Below are positions 38,271 through 52,030 of a DNA stretch of 64,000 nucleotides, piece after piece (position 1 is the stretch's first letter; each line of letters starts with the position of its first letter). The notes below the pieces were generated by a model that saw nothing but the letters and a program-made list of their open reading frames with translations, made no database searches and had not been told where the DNA came from. Both the position numbers and the translations under genes were made by a program. The stretch is from Takakia lepidozioides (Eukaryota > Plantae > Bryophyta), in NCBI GenBank assembly GCA_030704615.1, contig CM060734.1, positions 310,001-374,000 on the forward strand, written 5' to 3'.

Positions 38271-39462
38271 TATCATCAAATTATTACGTTATAGTCCAAC
38301 ATTCTTAAAGACAAGGTCTCATCATATTTGAATTATGCAAATGACCCTAAACCCTCTACGTATACGTATGTATATGTATTTATCAGAAATTAGGTTGTGC
38401 CAATCTGAACTAAGTTGTGCCAACAACCTCGCGCCACTAACCTTGTTGGCGCCACCTACGCTGTTGACACCCATGTTGTCAACAAGTGGTGTGAACAACT
38501 AAGTTGATTTGTCGAGGGACGTGGTCATACGGTATTTCTTCGTGTACCAAATGCCCGACAAATCAAAGATGAGAGCATCTAAGCATAAATTTGAAGGATC
38601 TAAGAATCTATTAGAGAATATTCATTGAACAAGTGGGATGAAGACATGGGCATTTGGTATTCCAACGAATACCGTTTGCCCAAAAAATCAACCCTGGACA
38701 AATCATCTACAACCACTAGTGGTTGATTTGTCGAGGGTTGTAGATGATAGTAAAATTGTCGAGCATTTGGTATTCCATAGCGAGGCCAGCCCGGTCCCCA
38801 AGTCTTACACAGCGTTATCGCTGCTGCTGCTCGACCATTCCAGGGTACATTAGGTAGTGGCCCTCAAGCGGACAGTTTTGACTAGCACCAAGTGATCGAT
38901 GGAGATACCCAAGGTATTCTATAGTAATGCATGTGACATCTGAGGTTTATAGGAAAAGCTCTGACTTTTGACGGGAGGTATGATGTTCGAGAGAGGGGTC
39001 GTAGCGGAGGGCAGGGGTATACGTATGTACGCATTCAGATTCTTTCAAATATTCGAATAAACGAACCGCTCTTTTTGATTGCGTGGCAAGGAAATTACGG
39101 GGAATGATTCTCGACTTTTTAAGATTTTGAATCCTCTCTATTGTAGGATCTTTGGTGCATTCTTTTTCATGCGCCGCATACGCACAATGGGGTAGGCTAC
39201 AAGACAAACATCTCAGATCTATCGACGGGCCCAGAAAATCCTCATCCCTACGGAATACAGGTAGGTTGGCCATTGATAGAGAGTCTTTTCTCCACTGCGA
39301 CGGATCACAGAGCCCATCACCGTGACGGTGATGGATGATGACATCCGTTGTCATGAATGGAGATGTAACATTCATCACCGTTCACGAGAACGGATTCCGT
39401 GCGCGATGGCCATCCACGGCCATGGCTGCCATCATCAGTAGCAGTGACTGGTGTTATGCCAA

Positions 39463-40989
39463 CCTTGAAATTCTCACCACAAAATTGCATATATACTGAT
39501 GGCTCCTTAAAAGATGCCTAGGCGGGTTATGGTGTATATTTGGTTGGCACCAACACCAAAATATATAGCCGTCTCCCTGGTCGCCAAAATATCTTGCGAG
39601 CGGAGATTATGGCTATACATGATGCTCTCAAGTCTCTCCCCCACCAACCTACTTCCACATACTATTTATTTACGGGTCTCCCTACACCTTCTCACCAACC
39701 AAATCTGCAAGCCATCATCACAAATCCACCATCCTAATATTACACTTATAAAAGGAATCGTCGATATTGTATCCGCTTTACCGCTGTAAATCCATATACA
39801 TAAAGTTCGATCTCACACAGACATAATAGGTAATGACATAGCAAACCATCTTGCCAACTTGGTCCCATTCAGCCAATCACGAACCCCTCGACCAGCCCAA
39901 TCCACCGGTCGCACAATACCCGTTCTCGCTCATATCAGCAAGGGCTAGATTCCCGACCATAGCACATATACGGAACCTGCACACACACATTAAGGGCGAG
40001 ACCAAACTACTTATACAATAATCTCGTACCTACAAAAATTCCTATATATCTAAGTGGATCTCATCCCCGCACCTGCTACATAGTATGTCCAATCATTTTT
40101 GGACATCCCCTAGGGTTACTGGTGCACAAATCAAACAAACACTGAAATTTCGGTATGGTCAATGCATGGGCAATCAACGACGGAACTTGTTCTGACCATT
40201 ATTATACCCTCATAAACACTGCATGTTGTGTTCATCCCAAAATCCCCAAATAGACAGATGGCCACACTTACTTCTCTACTGCAACCACCCCATAATTCAT
40301 GGGTTGCGGGTAACTAGACATAACCAAGGGTTAGACAACTCCACAAAATTCTCACTTCACATCAGAAATCCAGATGGTTTAACCTCATCAATGCAGGCAC
40401 GTTCCAAGGTCGCCCACCGGACCACACTATACCCCCATGGCTACTACCTTGTGTATGCTCCCAAGGGCACCCGTGCCTTTGCTTGGCAAGGTTATGCCCA
40501 GATATTTTGCTAGTCCAAGGACTTCCTGTACTGGCATTGCCGCCGACAAAACCGCTTCCATCTCTCAAAATACATTTTTTGGAATTCACATTCTGCCATG
40601 ATTTAAATCCAGATCAATCAATTATGTACAAACACGAAAATATGACCTAATCATACATGCCCTCCATCAGCGAGGCTGGAACATGACACCTCTGACCGTC
40701 ATCACTGCGGGTGTCAGAGGCGGTGCTCATACCCATAATATCCAAGGTTTGAAAGATAATCCCAACCTACCACCCAAATACACTGCATCTCTACAACGAG
40801 CCTTACACTTCATAGCTATTACATCACTCACATCGACCCTAATCCTCAATAAACGTAAGATTGAAAGTGGCCAGCTAGCCACTATATGATAGGTTACGGT
40901 GCGGATAGAGCCCACCCCTGAAAGGAGGCAATACCTGCAAGGGGAAGAGGCTGTTATTTACGTTGGCTTCGGTTGGCGTCATATATATA
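39463..40989 (+). mobile_element. 5'-truncated non-LTR retrotransposon with RNase H, zinc-binding and restriction-like endonuclease domains (Dualen/RandI-like), disabled
   Basis: IYTDGS, RAEIMAI and HKVRSHTDIIGND (RNase H); CMLC...HLLLYC.H...RHN, PDILL, FLEF, KYD.I...L.QRGW (RLE). Ends in (AT)n. Candidate TSD TATGCCAA at 39455-39462 and 40990-40997. Confidence 0.8.
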
Positions 40990-41239
40990 TATGCCAAAAT
41001 AAGAGAAATAGGGATTATGAAATTGTTGTGATTCCGTTCTTTCTCTGCCAGATTAAGGATGAATGTGTGGACACGGCCCCAAAGCTATATATGAACTAAT
41101 AATCATATAAATACGTGGTTAGGTATGTAAGGTATTAGAACTTAGTATGCACAAGCCTTGGTGACGCTTGCCTTTTCATAAGGCAATGCTTTGGATCAAT
41201 GAAGATTGGAGTGTAATGTGGCCCGAAAATTTTCATCTA

Positions 41240-42380
41240 CACTACTGCAATTCAGGGGGGTTAACAACGTTGGCGCCCCTCCGTGTGCGGGTGCGAGCAT
41301 CGCCAATGTCGTTTGCGCCCCACGGCAAACCCACCGGCCCCCTGGGCGTCCATTCTCAAGCCGGCCCCAGAGCGAGAATTGACTTAAGTCATTGGGAGGG
41401 GCCCAAGGGTCGCATGGTCATTTCGGGTTGCTGTTTACCAATGACCCGCATGAAGTGGCTTCTTGCAGCGACCTCTGAAAGGTCGCTAACAGTTTTTTAA
41501 TGCGATTCCTGATTTTCGGGTTTTTTTTTTTTGCGCGACCCTCCTGCAGTGGGTTTTTTAGCGACGTCCGGAAGGTTGTTGTCATCTTTTTTAAGGAAAT
41601 CATGTTTAAGGGTCGTTGTTTCAAGGCGACCCCCGTGTAATGGCTTTACACAACCACACCTCTGACGTCGCTACATAGTTCCTTTTTTTTTGCGACTCCC
41701 TGGGAGTTAGTATAAATTAGCGACCCGATTTGAATTTTATGAATAAAGTATTTAAAAGTTCGATCGGCCCCCAAGGAAACGCTTGAGGAATTTGAATGGT
41801 AATTTGAAAACAAAATCAAAGCGACCCCAGGGAGTTGCTCCTACACAGCGACGGGGTTCTCAAAAACTCGAATAAAATATGATAAACATATAGCGACTTC
41901 GAGGGAGTCTCTATATGAAACCTTTTTTTTTTACAAATATTATAGACGGACAGTGATGCCGGGCCATGGTGTCGCTGTTTTGTAAACCGTTTAAAAAATA
42001 AATAAATAAAATGACAATCGACCTTCAAGGGTCGTTGTTAACAAGCGACGGGTTTCTTAAAACCCTCAGTACAATATTAGAAAATCTAAGACGCCGTGGG
42101 GGTTGCTTGTGGGATAGAAGTTTGGTCCAATTATCCGGAAAATGTCGAACAGTGCCGATCGCATGGGATTCGCCTTAAAAGAACGAAGGGTTTTTAACAA
42201 AGCTGAAAACAAAACGGCCGCTAGAAGCGAGCGACCTCCTACCAGCTAGGGGTCTCTTTTAAAAAGCGACAGGTTTCTACAAAATATTACAGACGCAAAG
42301 CGGCCCATACGACATCAACAGTGTTAGGAATAAATTTTATTTTCAAATTGAAAATCAAAAAGCGACTTCAGGGGTCGCTC
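41240..42380. mobile_element. Probable CACTA terminus with AGCGAC/GTCGCT subterminal repeats
   Basis: CACTACTGCAA at 41240 followed by many GCGAC/GTCG(C/T) motifs in both orientations over ~1.1 kb. Confidence 0.5.
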
Positions 42381-42984
42381 TCATTTGGTTACTTACTATA
42401 ATTGTTCAATAGCTCACTTCAATGTTGTCATCTCTTTGTTGTATGTCTGAAGCTTTTCATTAATATTTATTCATGTACTTGCGGTAGTATGCAAAGTGGA
42501 AATTTGGATCGTATCATATTATTTTTAGCCTTGGTGCGAGATGGTGCCATAGAGGACTCGTTGGGTGAGGTTTATATCTTAAAAAGGAACCTGCAATTCA
42601 AGACCAACTGGGATGGTGCCATAAAGGATTCGTTGAGTGAGGTTTTGAATGGACTGCGTACATATTTTGACAAATCAATGCCAGCTTAATTGGTACTGTA
42701 CGCTCAAGAACGTCCTCAATATGTGCGTCAACGTAGACAATGACGTAGGTGATTGAGCAAGAAGTTGTGGGATGGCTTGTTTGTTCGCTCCATCGTTGAT
42801 GCAGATTGGGAGTTCATCACTCATGTGTTAACAACAGAATTAAACTTCCCATGAGTCCCACTGTGGATGGAGGCAATTTAGAAATGGTACCTACAATTTC
42901 AATGGATTGCGTACAGATTTTGACAAATCATTGTCAGCTATGGTACAATCTGCGAAAGAACATCCTTGGTATGCGCTCCCTTAA

Positions 42985-43805
42985 CCCCTGAAGGACGATG
43001 CGACCCGTTTCGGGTCGCGTCCTTTTTTTCGCTTAGTGTATATGGTCAGGATGGCATCTGATGGAGGTGGACCCCAAAGCAAACTTGTAGCTTACATTGT
43101 CAGCTATTGAATGCATGAAACCCCGTGCCATTTGGATTACTACAACGCCGCCTAGGATTTTTACATGTGTGAAAAGTGCAGATTTTATGTGGTGTGCAAG
43201 TTTTGAGCGTGTTGACTACGTGACGTGGGCCAATGAGCGCCTGGGGCCATTATATACTACATCCCTTGAGCCAAACTTGGAAATTCCAACTGTGAATTGG
43301 TGCATTCTCTTTGTATTCCTACCTGGCATCTACTCATCATAGGAATTTTTTTCATGCAAAAATTATGCTACTCGCTGCATCCAAGTAGAAGTCTTGTTCA
43401 TTTTACCCACAGGTACCCCTAAGCAGCTACATACAAAGGGGCACTAATGAAAATATGTCATTACATGCTAAAATTTGGACATAATGTCCTGCACTTGATA
43501 GGCATCAATTGGTCAATAATTGGAGGGGAACCCAAAACTAGAACATGAAGAAAATTGGTGGTCAAACCTAGTTTTTCCATGAGTTTTTGTAAATCCTACA
43601 AATTGGGGGTCACTCCCACATTATAATCTGCTCATTCTAGCGGTGGAATGACCTGAGAATTTTTGACCACATGTATGATGTAGTTACTGACAACATTGTA
43701 CGGTTCATCCACGTGGATGAACTTGGCAGCAACATACATCCACTCGAGTCAGGCCATGTCAGGGTTTTCTAAAAAAATCGCAAAAAAACTCTCGTTTTTT
43801 AGGGG
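42985..43805. mobile_element. Non-autonomous piggyBac-like element
   Basis: TTAA|CCCCTGAAGGACG ... CGTTTTTTAGGGG|TTAA (TTAA at 42981-42984 and 43806-43809). Imperfect short TIR. Hairpin GCGACCCG-TTT-CGGGTCGC just inside the left end. Confidence 0.7.
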
Positions 43806-44626
43806 TTAATGTGCCCCCTCGAGACACAATATTATTACCCTCCCCTCCAGCATTTATGTATATGGCGATGAACGTCTTATGAGGTGGTGATCGTTTGTGA
43901 AACTGGCGCTAACACTAGCTTCCAGAAGTATTTGACTTTGACTTTGACCTGTAGTATTATTGACTTTTGACCGGTGTTACCAACTTTACCAACTCATTAA
44001 TGTTGCTGCCACGCGCGTGGTACAGCCTCGAGATCGCACGTGGCATCCATACATTGTTATGGATAGCCACGTGCCACACTGGCACTGGAGCACCAAACAA
44101 TAACTGAGTTGTTGTAGATGAATAGCCAGTGAGGAAGTGTATTGACAAGTCGGCCTTGCGACTTGCGACGTGCTATCGTGAGTACTAGATATAACTCCAA
44201 GAACCACTCAAGCCATCTTTTACCAGTTGGATATATGATTGGAAATTATGTTTGTTCAGGTTGCATATGTAACTATGGAATGTTTATTGCACTGGTTTGC
44301 TGCTATTACAAAAGTGTTCTCCCTGTCAGAATAGGGACTCGTAATGAAATATGAGAGTTATATTCTTGTTCTTGTTATACCATGCTTTTTAATCCAACAA
44401 TGCATAACATGATAACACACCTAAATTGCCTAATCAGGTAGAATGTCAAGCATGTTGGACAATGCTACATCCTACCCTACCAACCATGAACAATGAAGAT
44501 CACATGTAGTACATGAAAGACAAAACGGCCTAGGGAACTATCTACCAAATCTTTACCTCAAAGCATCCTTTGATAATAAACAATGGGTGGTTCATATGGA
44601 TTTGCTACAACTTTGCATCACTATAC

Positions 44627-44905
44627 TTAGTGAATGTCAGCGTTCCTCAGACTCTTTGTTGGCCACAAAGTGTAACTGCCTAGTATGTGCTCAAGTCTAG
44701 TCTGAGGGGGATCATCATTCCTATTGGGAGAATGCAGGACAACATTCGGATGGGTGCATTCAAAGACTTTCACCTTATACCAGCCTGGGCGTATGTCCTT
44801 GCCATGGTACTTGTCCCTGCTAGGTAGCCCAACCACTTCAGCCCTCACTGCGGACGCCTTTATGCACTTGTCATGAGGGTTCAAAAGATATACTGTCTCT
44901 TGCAT
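44627..44905 (-). CDS. Terminal exon encoding a Transposase_23/DUF8039-like domain (CACTA accessory gene)
   Basis: Preceded by a polypyrimidine ...CTTTACAG acceptor. Peptide AEVVGLPSRDKYHGKDIRPGWYKVKV...LHSPN..DDPPQTRL..ILGSYTLWP. Confidence 0.6.
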   Translation of the reverse strand: MQETVYLLNPHDKCIKASAVRAEVVGLPSRDKYHGKDIRPGWYKVKVFECTHPNVVLHSPNRNDDPPQTRLEHILGSYTLWPTKSLRNADIH

Positions 44906-45239
44906 CTGTAAAGAAAAACAGCAAAGACGTCAACAAAGGTGAAGGGAACCACGACAAATCCAAAGCTATAAACTGAATCATTAATACAAGTAAATTGAGG
45001 TTTGCTATTTCATGAGCATGAGCGGCATGAGCGGCATGAGCGGAGTAGTAAGACAATCGGTTTTCATGAGCAGAAGTACAAATTTCGAAAATAAAAAACA
45101 ATAAAAAACAATAATTTAATGCAATGTGTCAGGAAAAACAAATATATTATTCGGCCCCTTGAAGGGAAAATTGCAGTTTTGACAGTTGTGCTCATGATAT
45201 TTCGTCTTCCGCTCATGCCAATTCCCAGCGACATGTGCA

Positions 45240-45830
45240 AATATGGCGCCGAATTTCGCGGTAATAGGGTCCGTAACCTGAAAAAACGGCGACGTGTTTC
45301 GCGGTAATAGGTCTCTCTGGCGAAAAATGGTGCCGAATTCCGCGGCTATAGGTCCCCTCATGACAGGTAATTCTGCGCCATTTTTCCAGTGCATGTTCGG
45401 ACTTAGCCAGTTTTCGGCACAAAATAGGGAAATTCGGCGCCATTTTTCCAGACACTGTACAAGTGCATGTTGGGACTTAGCCAGTTTTCGGCCCAAAAAA
45501 GAGAAATTCGGCGCCATTTTTCCAGACACGGTACCAGTGCATGTTGGGACTTAGCCAATTTTCGGCCCAAAAAAGAGAAATTCGACGCCATTTTCCCAGA
45601 CACAGGTACCAGTGCATGTTGGGACTTAGCCAGTTTTCGGCCCCAAAAAGAGACATTCGGCGCCATTTTTCCAGACACGGTACCAGTGCATGTTGGGACT
45701 TAGCCAGTTTTCGGCCCAAAAAAGAGAAATTCGACGCCATTTTCCCAGACACAGGTACCAATGCATGTTGGGACTTAGCCAGTTTTCGGCCCCAAAAAGA
45801 GAAATTCGGCGCCATTTTTCCAGAAATGGC
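45240..45830. repeat. 74/75-bp tandem array containing GAAATTCGGCGCCATTTT and GGGACTTAGCC
   Basis: About six units GTGCATGTTGGGACTTAGCCAGTTTTCGGCCC...GAAATTCGGCGCCATTTTTCCAGACAC. Confidence 0.93.
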
Positions 45831-45978
45831 CCCACAACTGCTTCTGTTGGATCTCAGTTTGAATGGAATATTGCCTCATTCCAGGAGTTTTGGGGTGCAT
45901 TTCATTACACTGCAAAAAAAAGTCTGATACAGCAAAATGCAATTGAAAAGATCCATATGGAGGATTCCCTTTGCCCCA

Positions 45979-48900
45979 TCAATGATTTCTGGAATCCCTA
46001 AGGAGGAGTTTGTGCAGCTCGTTCACGCTCAACGCCGGTGCATGAATAAAGTCATCAATAGTCACGTTCATCCTCAACCTCTTCAGGTAAATGTAATACA
46101 GATGCTTGCACGGATAATACTTCGAACCCTTCTTTGCTTCCATCAACGAGAAGTCTGTACAATTGCAAGTCGGCTCCACTCCAATCGTAATTGTGTATAC
46201 ATCGTCGCGTACAGCCGAGCCGGCCGTTGCCATCCGATACACACGCCCAAGGCCGGGTGGGGGTACGTCCACGGAGCTCTGAATAGTGCAAGCCATCCCA
46301 AGAGCATTGGCAATCCGAGTCTCATTCAACTTGTTGGGAGGGTGTCGTCTCTTCACTCTTCCGAATCGCATTGTGGGATGTGCAGAATTGTCCAATCCGT
46401 CTCTACTGGACCGAGCAGTCTGCAATGGCTGGGTCTGAGGAACCGGAAATGCGTGGGCCGGGATGTCTGTGCGTTGCACCATTCAAAATCCTGCTGCAGA
46501 TAGAGCATCCGCCTCATTCTGAGAGAGGCTGCAACCCGGTGCAACAGGCCAGACGCCCGGAGGCTCCGGCATTCCCTGAATCCCGTACTTGGGCTTGCCA
46601 AATACACAGGTCATTATGTCGTGCCTATAGAACCAAAATGTCTGCGTTGTGGCGTGAGCAAATGTGGGAGTCAAAATCTGTCGCTGAAACAAGGTGCAGG
46701 TACAGCACTGTGTGGGTTCCTCCGAATCATCTCACCACAGCGTGCTCTCGTATCCACCCGGATGGCGCAGCACTTCCCTCGAAATGCCGGCAATGTCCTC
46801 GCAATTCTCCACTGTGACTCCGACACTCTTGTCTCCACAATGGGAATGTTGTACTGCTTTACTACAGATGGCTCGTTATGTTGCCGGGGCACGCGCCCTG
46901 TGCTCAAAGGAGATGGCGATCTTGAACGTGCAGGACTTGCGGTGCTCGACGAGACCTCCTCGGGCAACATCACGGGACCACGAGGGAGCGTGCGAATATT
47001 CTTGTCAGCTCGCCATGAATCCTCTTCTCCGCCAGGTGCCTCGTCAAGTCTTCGTCTCACTGGACGGGTATGAACATCTCCTTCCAAATGTTGGCCTCTT
47101 CGCAGCAATGGCGTGTCCCGAAGGCCCTCTCGCAAGGCCGCCGCCCACTTCCGAGGATTCTTCGATCTAGAGGCAGTCCGCATCAGCATTTCCTGCCTGT
47201 CCGGCCCCAAGCCCCACCGTTTCCCTTTCAAGAACTCGTTGTACCTGCATTGCTGCATAATTGACCTCACAATGTCCTCCGTTGTGACAGTGAGGATGTC
47301 CACCAGATGTGCCGCAGAGGAGGCACGCCAGGAAGAGTGCACTGATTCGGCCATGTTTGTCGTGGGCATGTCGGTGTCGGAGTCGAGACACATTTCCTGC
47401 ACAAGCACATGTTGAGGTTACAAGCAAGTTACAAATATGGCCAAGAATAATATTCAACGGGACGCGAATTCGTGCAACTCACCTCCCGCATATAGTCGCC
47501 GAACTGGAGGAAACGATAATGCCACCATGCTAGCCAACTGACCATTGCTCCCTCGTCTGATTTCCTTATAGCACCTGACGATGTCCACCAAGCCCGTATA
47601 CATGCAAACTGTGTCTCTGCATCATCCAAGGTGGGAGCGCGCTTCCACGCAAGGCACATGGAACGGTGCTCCTCTCTGAAATCTGGCGCCACGAGCCTGG
47701 TTGTGTACTGCGAAAGGCTCTGCAGAAAATGGAACCCACAAGATCTCTCCTTGCCTTCCATGGGAACATTAGGGTCTTGCCCGTACACCCTTCGGATGGC
47801 AGCCCAATTTGCTTGTGCGTTGTCCGCCATGAAACCACGGAAATTGGGAGGGGGCAATCCCGCCTTGGCCATCTGTTCGTTTATTCCCTGCCAAAGAAGC
47901 ATCTCCGATTGTGTGTCCTCTCCTTTCATCTCACAAATAGCAATTGTCATTAGCATCCTGCAATGGGTGTCGTAGACATGTGCACCCATTGTCACCCACT
48001 GGTGATTTGTAATTCGCTTGATATGGTCGAACATGACCCAACTGTTTGACAAGTCCCCACTCGTCATCCTGTCGACCAGTTCGACGCCGCTGCCAAGTCC
48101 ACACGTGGACATTTTGAATACGAAACAACGATCTGCCTCAGTCCCTTGTCCTGGAAACCTACTTCCATGAATGTAGTCATATCCACATCGTCGCTTCACC
48201 TCCAGAATGGAGTGCATATCCGAGCCACGCCCAATTTTCTGTTTGCATGAGACAATGTGGTTTCGGACATTCAGTGAACATACGTGGGACACCGACTCCA
48301 GCAATGCCTCCATTTCCTTCTTATCGAGAGGAACTCTATCGGAGCCGTCTTCCGACATAATTCTGGCCAATGCCATCTTATGGGCGGCTTGGAGCTGTAT
48401 CTGTTTGGGTTTGGCACCCGGTCTCAACTTAACCTCCTCCTGAACGAGCTGCTCTGCCTCGTGGGCAGCCTCCCACGAGTTCCCCCTCGCCAATTTGTGA
48501 CAATGGGAACCAACGTGTATGCAAGCTCGGGTGAGGTCAGGGAAATGGTGCAACACATAAAACTGCTTGGCATTACAAACAGACATGCAGTGTGGTGGTT
48601 CTTTGCAATGCGCACACTTAAATGTGGAGTTCGGAACCTTCTCCTGAGCTCGAAATGGTTGATGAGTTGTGCCTGTCCAATCGGTCTCGTTCCTGTGACC
48701 TCTGGATTTAAAGTGGAAGCAAGTTGGGGAGAAACACCGCAACGCGCCCGCACAAACAACGTAGCGCACCCGCACACCATCGAGCATCTTCATGCTGGTG
48801 GTTTTGGTAACGCACCAAGGATGACCGGCATGTTTTCTATCCATATCTGTCAACATTCCGGACGCCCTCGAGCAGTCCGCCCGAGGAGGGAACTCAAAGA

Positions 48901-49483
48901 AGATATTACCGTCGACGTCGGCGGGAAGGCATGTAATCGATTTAATTGCGAACTTGCTGTAGTCCAGCCCGGCCAGCTCCGACCGGTGTCCCTCCAGGTG
49001 AAGCCCTCGCAGAATTTCAAGAATAGATCGAACTGCGGTGCTCGTGCTGGGAATATGACTCCCTCCTCCACTGACGTCCATTGAGGACTTGCCTGATCTC
49101 CAGGACGACCTCGGAACTTCCATGACCTCGTCTGAGTCGGACAGGTTGTCAACAACCCGGTTCTCGCTCGTCTTCATGGATGGGTTCGGCTCTGGATTTA
49201 CTTCGTTGCGGACTTCTCTCTTTGAGGTAGCCACTCTCTGATTCGCGGATTGTTTCGTGGAAGGCGCCAGGATAGAAGGTGCATTTGGCGGGCAAATGAA
49301 GTCCCCAACAGCCCTGTATATGACGCTGTCCGATGGTGGAACTCGCCATTCCCTGCCATCGCCGAAATCATCGTGGAGCACAACAATACTCTCGACAACA
49401 AGGCCGTTTGAGTCCTTCCTTTCCTCCTCCAAAAAAACCGACCCCGGTTTCAGGTAATATCGAACGCACAGATATTTCTCCAT
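45979..49483 (-). pseudogene. MULE DDE transposase with C-terminal SWIM zinc finger; one intron (47397-47482), one frameshift (~46683), one premature stop (46483-46485)
   Basis: VMFDH (D1), FMADNAQA (D2), CGFH (CxxH), TTNMAESVH (E); SWIM CNCTDF...CKH; upstream Cys/His cluster (C..C...HVGSHCH). The relic copy has R where this copy has TGA. Confidence 0.9.
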
Positions 49484-49869
49484 CACCCGGCAGATGTCCC
49501 CTCTGCACGGAAATGAAGCTCTATGCTCGTGAGGAGGGCAGTACACTGTAGCGCTCGGGTTTTCGCCATGGGAGATGTGCACACAAGACTGCCAGGATGG
49601 CGTGCGGGGAAGCTCCCTGGTAGAAGGGGGATGCAGCGATGGGAAGGAATGCGGTGCCGATTTGTCCGAGCGACGAAGCCTGATCCAAAACCAGGGAGCC
49701 AACTATCTCAAAAATCCACAGTCAGAGTGTTAATGAACCTTGTCTCCGGAATGCGGCCCCTGGTCTTTGCGCAATAACTGCCAATGGTATGCAGTCAGAA
49801 AGTGGGGGGCCGTCCGGATGATGATGGCTGAAGGGGAGAAGCCGGTGTTGTGCCGTCACATTACTACAC

Positions 49870-52030
49870 CCGAATGGAAATTCGGCACCCAATATCCAAC
49901 AGGGGCCGCACGGATGAAGTCGTCTGGGGCAGAGATGCCGGCACCTGTCCGACAGAGAACATCCCCCGGACGGAAATTCAGCGCCGAATTTCCATTCGGA
50001 TCCCCCCAAAGGAAGTCCTGTCGGGGGGTCAGGCCGAAAACTGGCCGACATAAAAACCTACGCGGATGGAAAAACGGCGCCGAATTTCCATCCGAGGCCT
50101 TTCGGATGCAGTCGGCTCGGGGGAAAGGCCGCCATCTGGCCCTCACATTACAACCCCGGACGGAAATTCGGCACCGAATATACAACAGGGGAAGCCCGGA
50201 TGAAGTCGCCTCGGGCGTAGAGGCCGGCGCGTGTGCGACAGAGAACATCCCCTGGATGGAGATTCGGCGCCGAATTTCCATCCGGGCCCCCCCAAAGGAA
50301 GTCGTGTCGGGGGGTCAGGCCGAAAACTGGCCGGCATAAAAACATCCCCAGATGGAAAAACGGCGCCGAATTTCCATCCGGGGCGGTTCGGATGCAGTCG
50401 GGGAGGGGGGAGAGGCCGGGCACGTGGCCGTCACATTTCAACCCCGGACGGAAATTCGGCACCGAATATCCAACAGGGGACGCCCGGATGAAGTCGCCTC
50501 GGGCGCAGAGGCCGGCGCGTGTGCGACAGAGAACATCCCCTGGATGGAGATTCGGCGCCGAATTTCCATCCGGCCCCCCCCAAAGGAAGTCCTGTCGGGG
50601 GGTCAGACCGAAAACTGGTCGACATAAAAACCTCCCCAGATGGAAAAACGGCGCCGAATTTCAATCCGGGGCCGTTCCAATGCAGTCGGGGAGGGGGGAG
50701 AGGCCGGCACCTGGCCGTCATATTTCAACCCCCGGACGGAAATTCGGCACCGAATATCCAACAGAGCGAGGGAAAGGCCGGCACCTCTCCGACAGAGACC
50801 ATCCCCCGGATGGAAATTCGGCGCCGAATTTCCATCGGGGCCCCCTCAAAGGAAGTCGTAAAAACCTCCCCAGATGGAAAAACGGCGCCGAATTTCCATC
50901 CGGGGCCGTTCCAATGCAGTCGGGGAGGGGGGAGAGGCCGGCACCTGGCCGTCATATTTCAACCCCCGGACGGAAATTCGGCACCGAATATCCAACAGAG
51001 CGGCGGAGAGGCCGACACCTCTCCGACAGAGACCATCCCCCGGATGGAAATTCGGCGCCGAATTTCCATCGGGGCCCCCTCAAAGGAAGTCGTAAAAACC
51101 TCCCAGAATGGAAAAACGGCGCCGAATTTCCGTCCGAGGCTGTTCCGATTTGCCTCTAGCAGTGAAGGATTCCAAGAAAAATCCGAAAAATCAATCGGAC
51201 ACGCTCAGAATTACCTCCAGGAAGGTAATTCAGCGTTTCAAAATTCCTGGCGAATGGAAATTCGGCGCCGAATATCCATACGCCAGCGATCCGACTTACC
51301 TGCTGGATGGAAATTCGGCGCCGGATTTCCATCCGCGTAGGTAGGGCGGCACGCCAAATTTCCCTCACGCAGGTAATTCGGCGCCGGATTTCCATCCATC
51401 CGGGACTCCACTTACCTGCTGGATGGAAATCCGGCGCCGAATTTCTATCCAGCAAGTAATTCGAATCCCGGATGGATGGAAATCCGGCGCCGAATTTCCA
51501 TCCATTCGGGACTCCACTTACGTGCTGGATGGAAATTCGGCGCCGGATTTCCATCCATCCGGGACTCCACTTACCTGCTGGATGGAAATTCGGCGCCGGA
51601 TCTCCATCCATCCGCTCTCCACCCAACCTTGCGGATGGAAATCCGGCGCCGGATTTCCATCCATCCGCCTCCGAATTACCTGCTTGAGGGAAATTTCGCG
51701 CGCCGCCCTACCTGCGCGGATGGAAATCCGGCGCCGGATTTCCATCCATCCGCTTCTGAATTACCTGCTTCAGGGAAATTTGGCGCGCCGCCCTACCTGC
51801 GCGGATGGAAATCCGGCGCCGGATTTGCATCCATCCGCTTCCGAATTACCTGCGTGAGGGAAATTTCGTGCGCCGCCCTACCTTGCAGGATGGAAATTCG
51901 GCGCTGAATTTCCATCCTGCTGCGCTCCGAATTACCTGCAGGATGGAAATCCGGCGCCGGATTTCCATCCTGCAGCGCTCCGAATTACCTCTACGTTGGA
52001 AATTCCGGGCCGAGTTCCGTCGATTTTCAT
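49870..52030. repeat. Central array of the 26-bp palindrome ATGGAAATTCGGCGCCGAATTTCCAT and variants, in 288-bp, 234-bp and shorter higher-order units
   Basis: Perfect copies at ~50810-50835 and ~51044-51069. ORF offsets of 288 (50231/50519) and 234 (50640/50874/51108). Dozens of variant copies. Confidence 0.95.

Noticed and set aside
38720-39423. Gene on the minus strand (ORF 38947..39378)
   Set aside because: Coding-like but broken, and I recognise no domain.
45116-46001. Short repetitive ORFs
   Set aside because: Translations of the 74/75-bp array.
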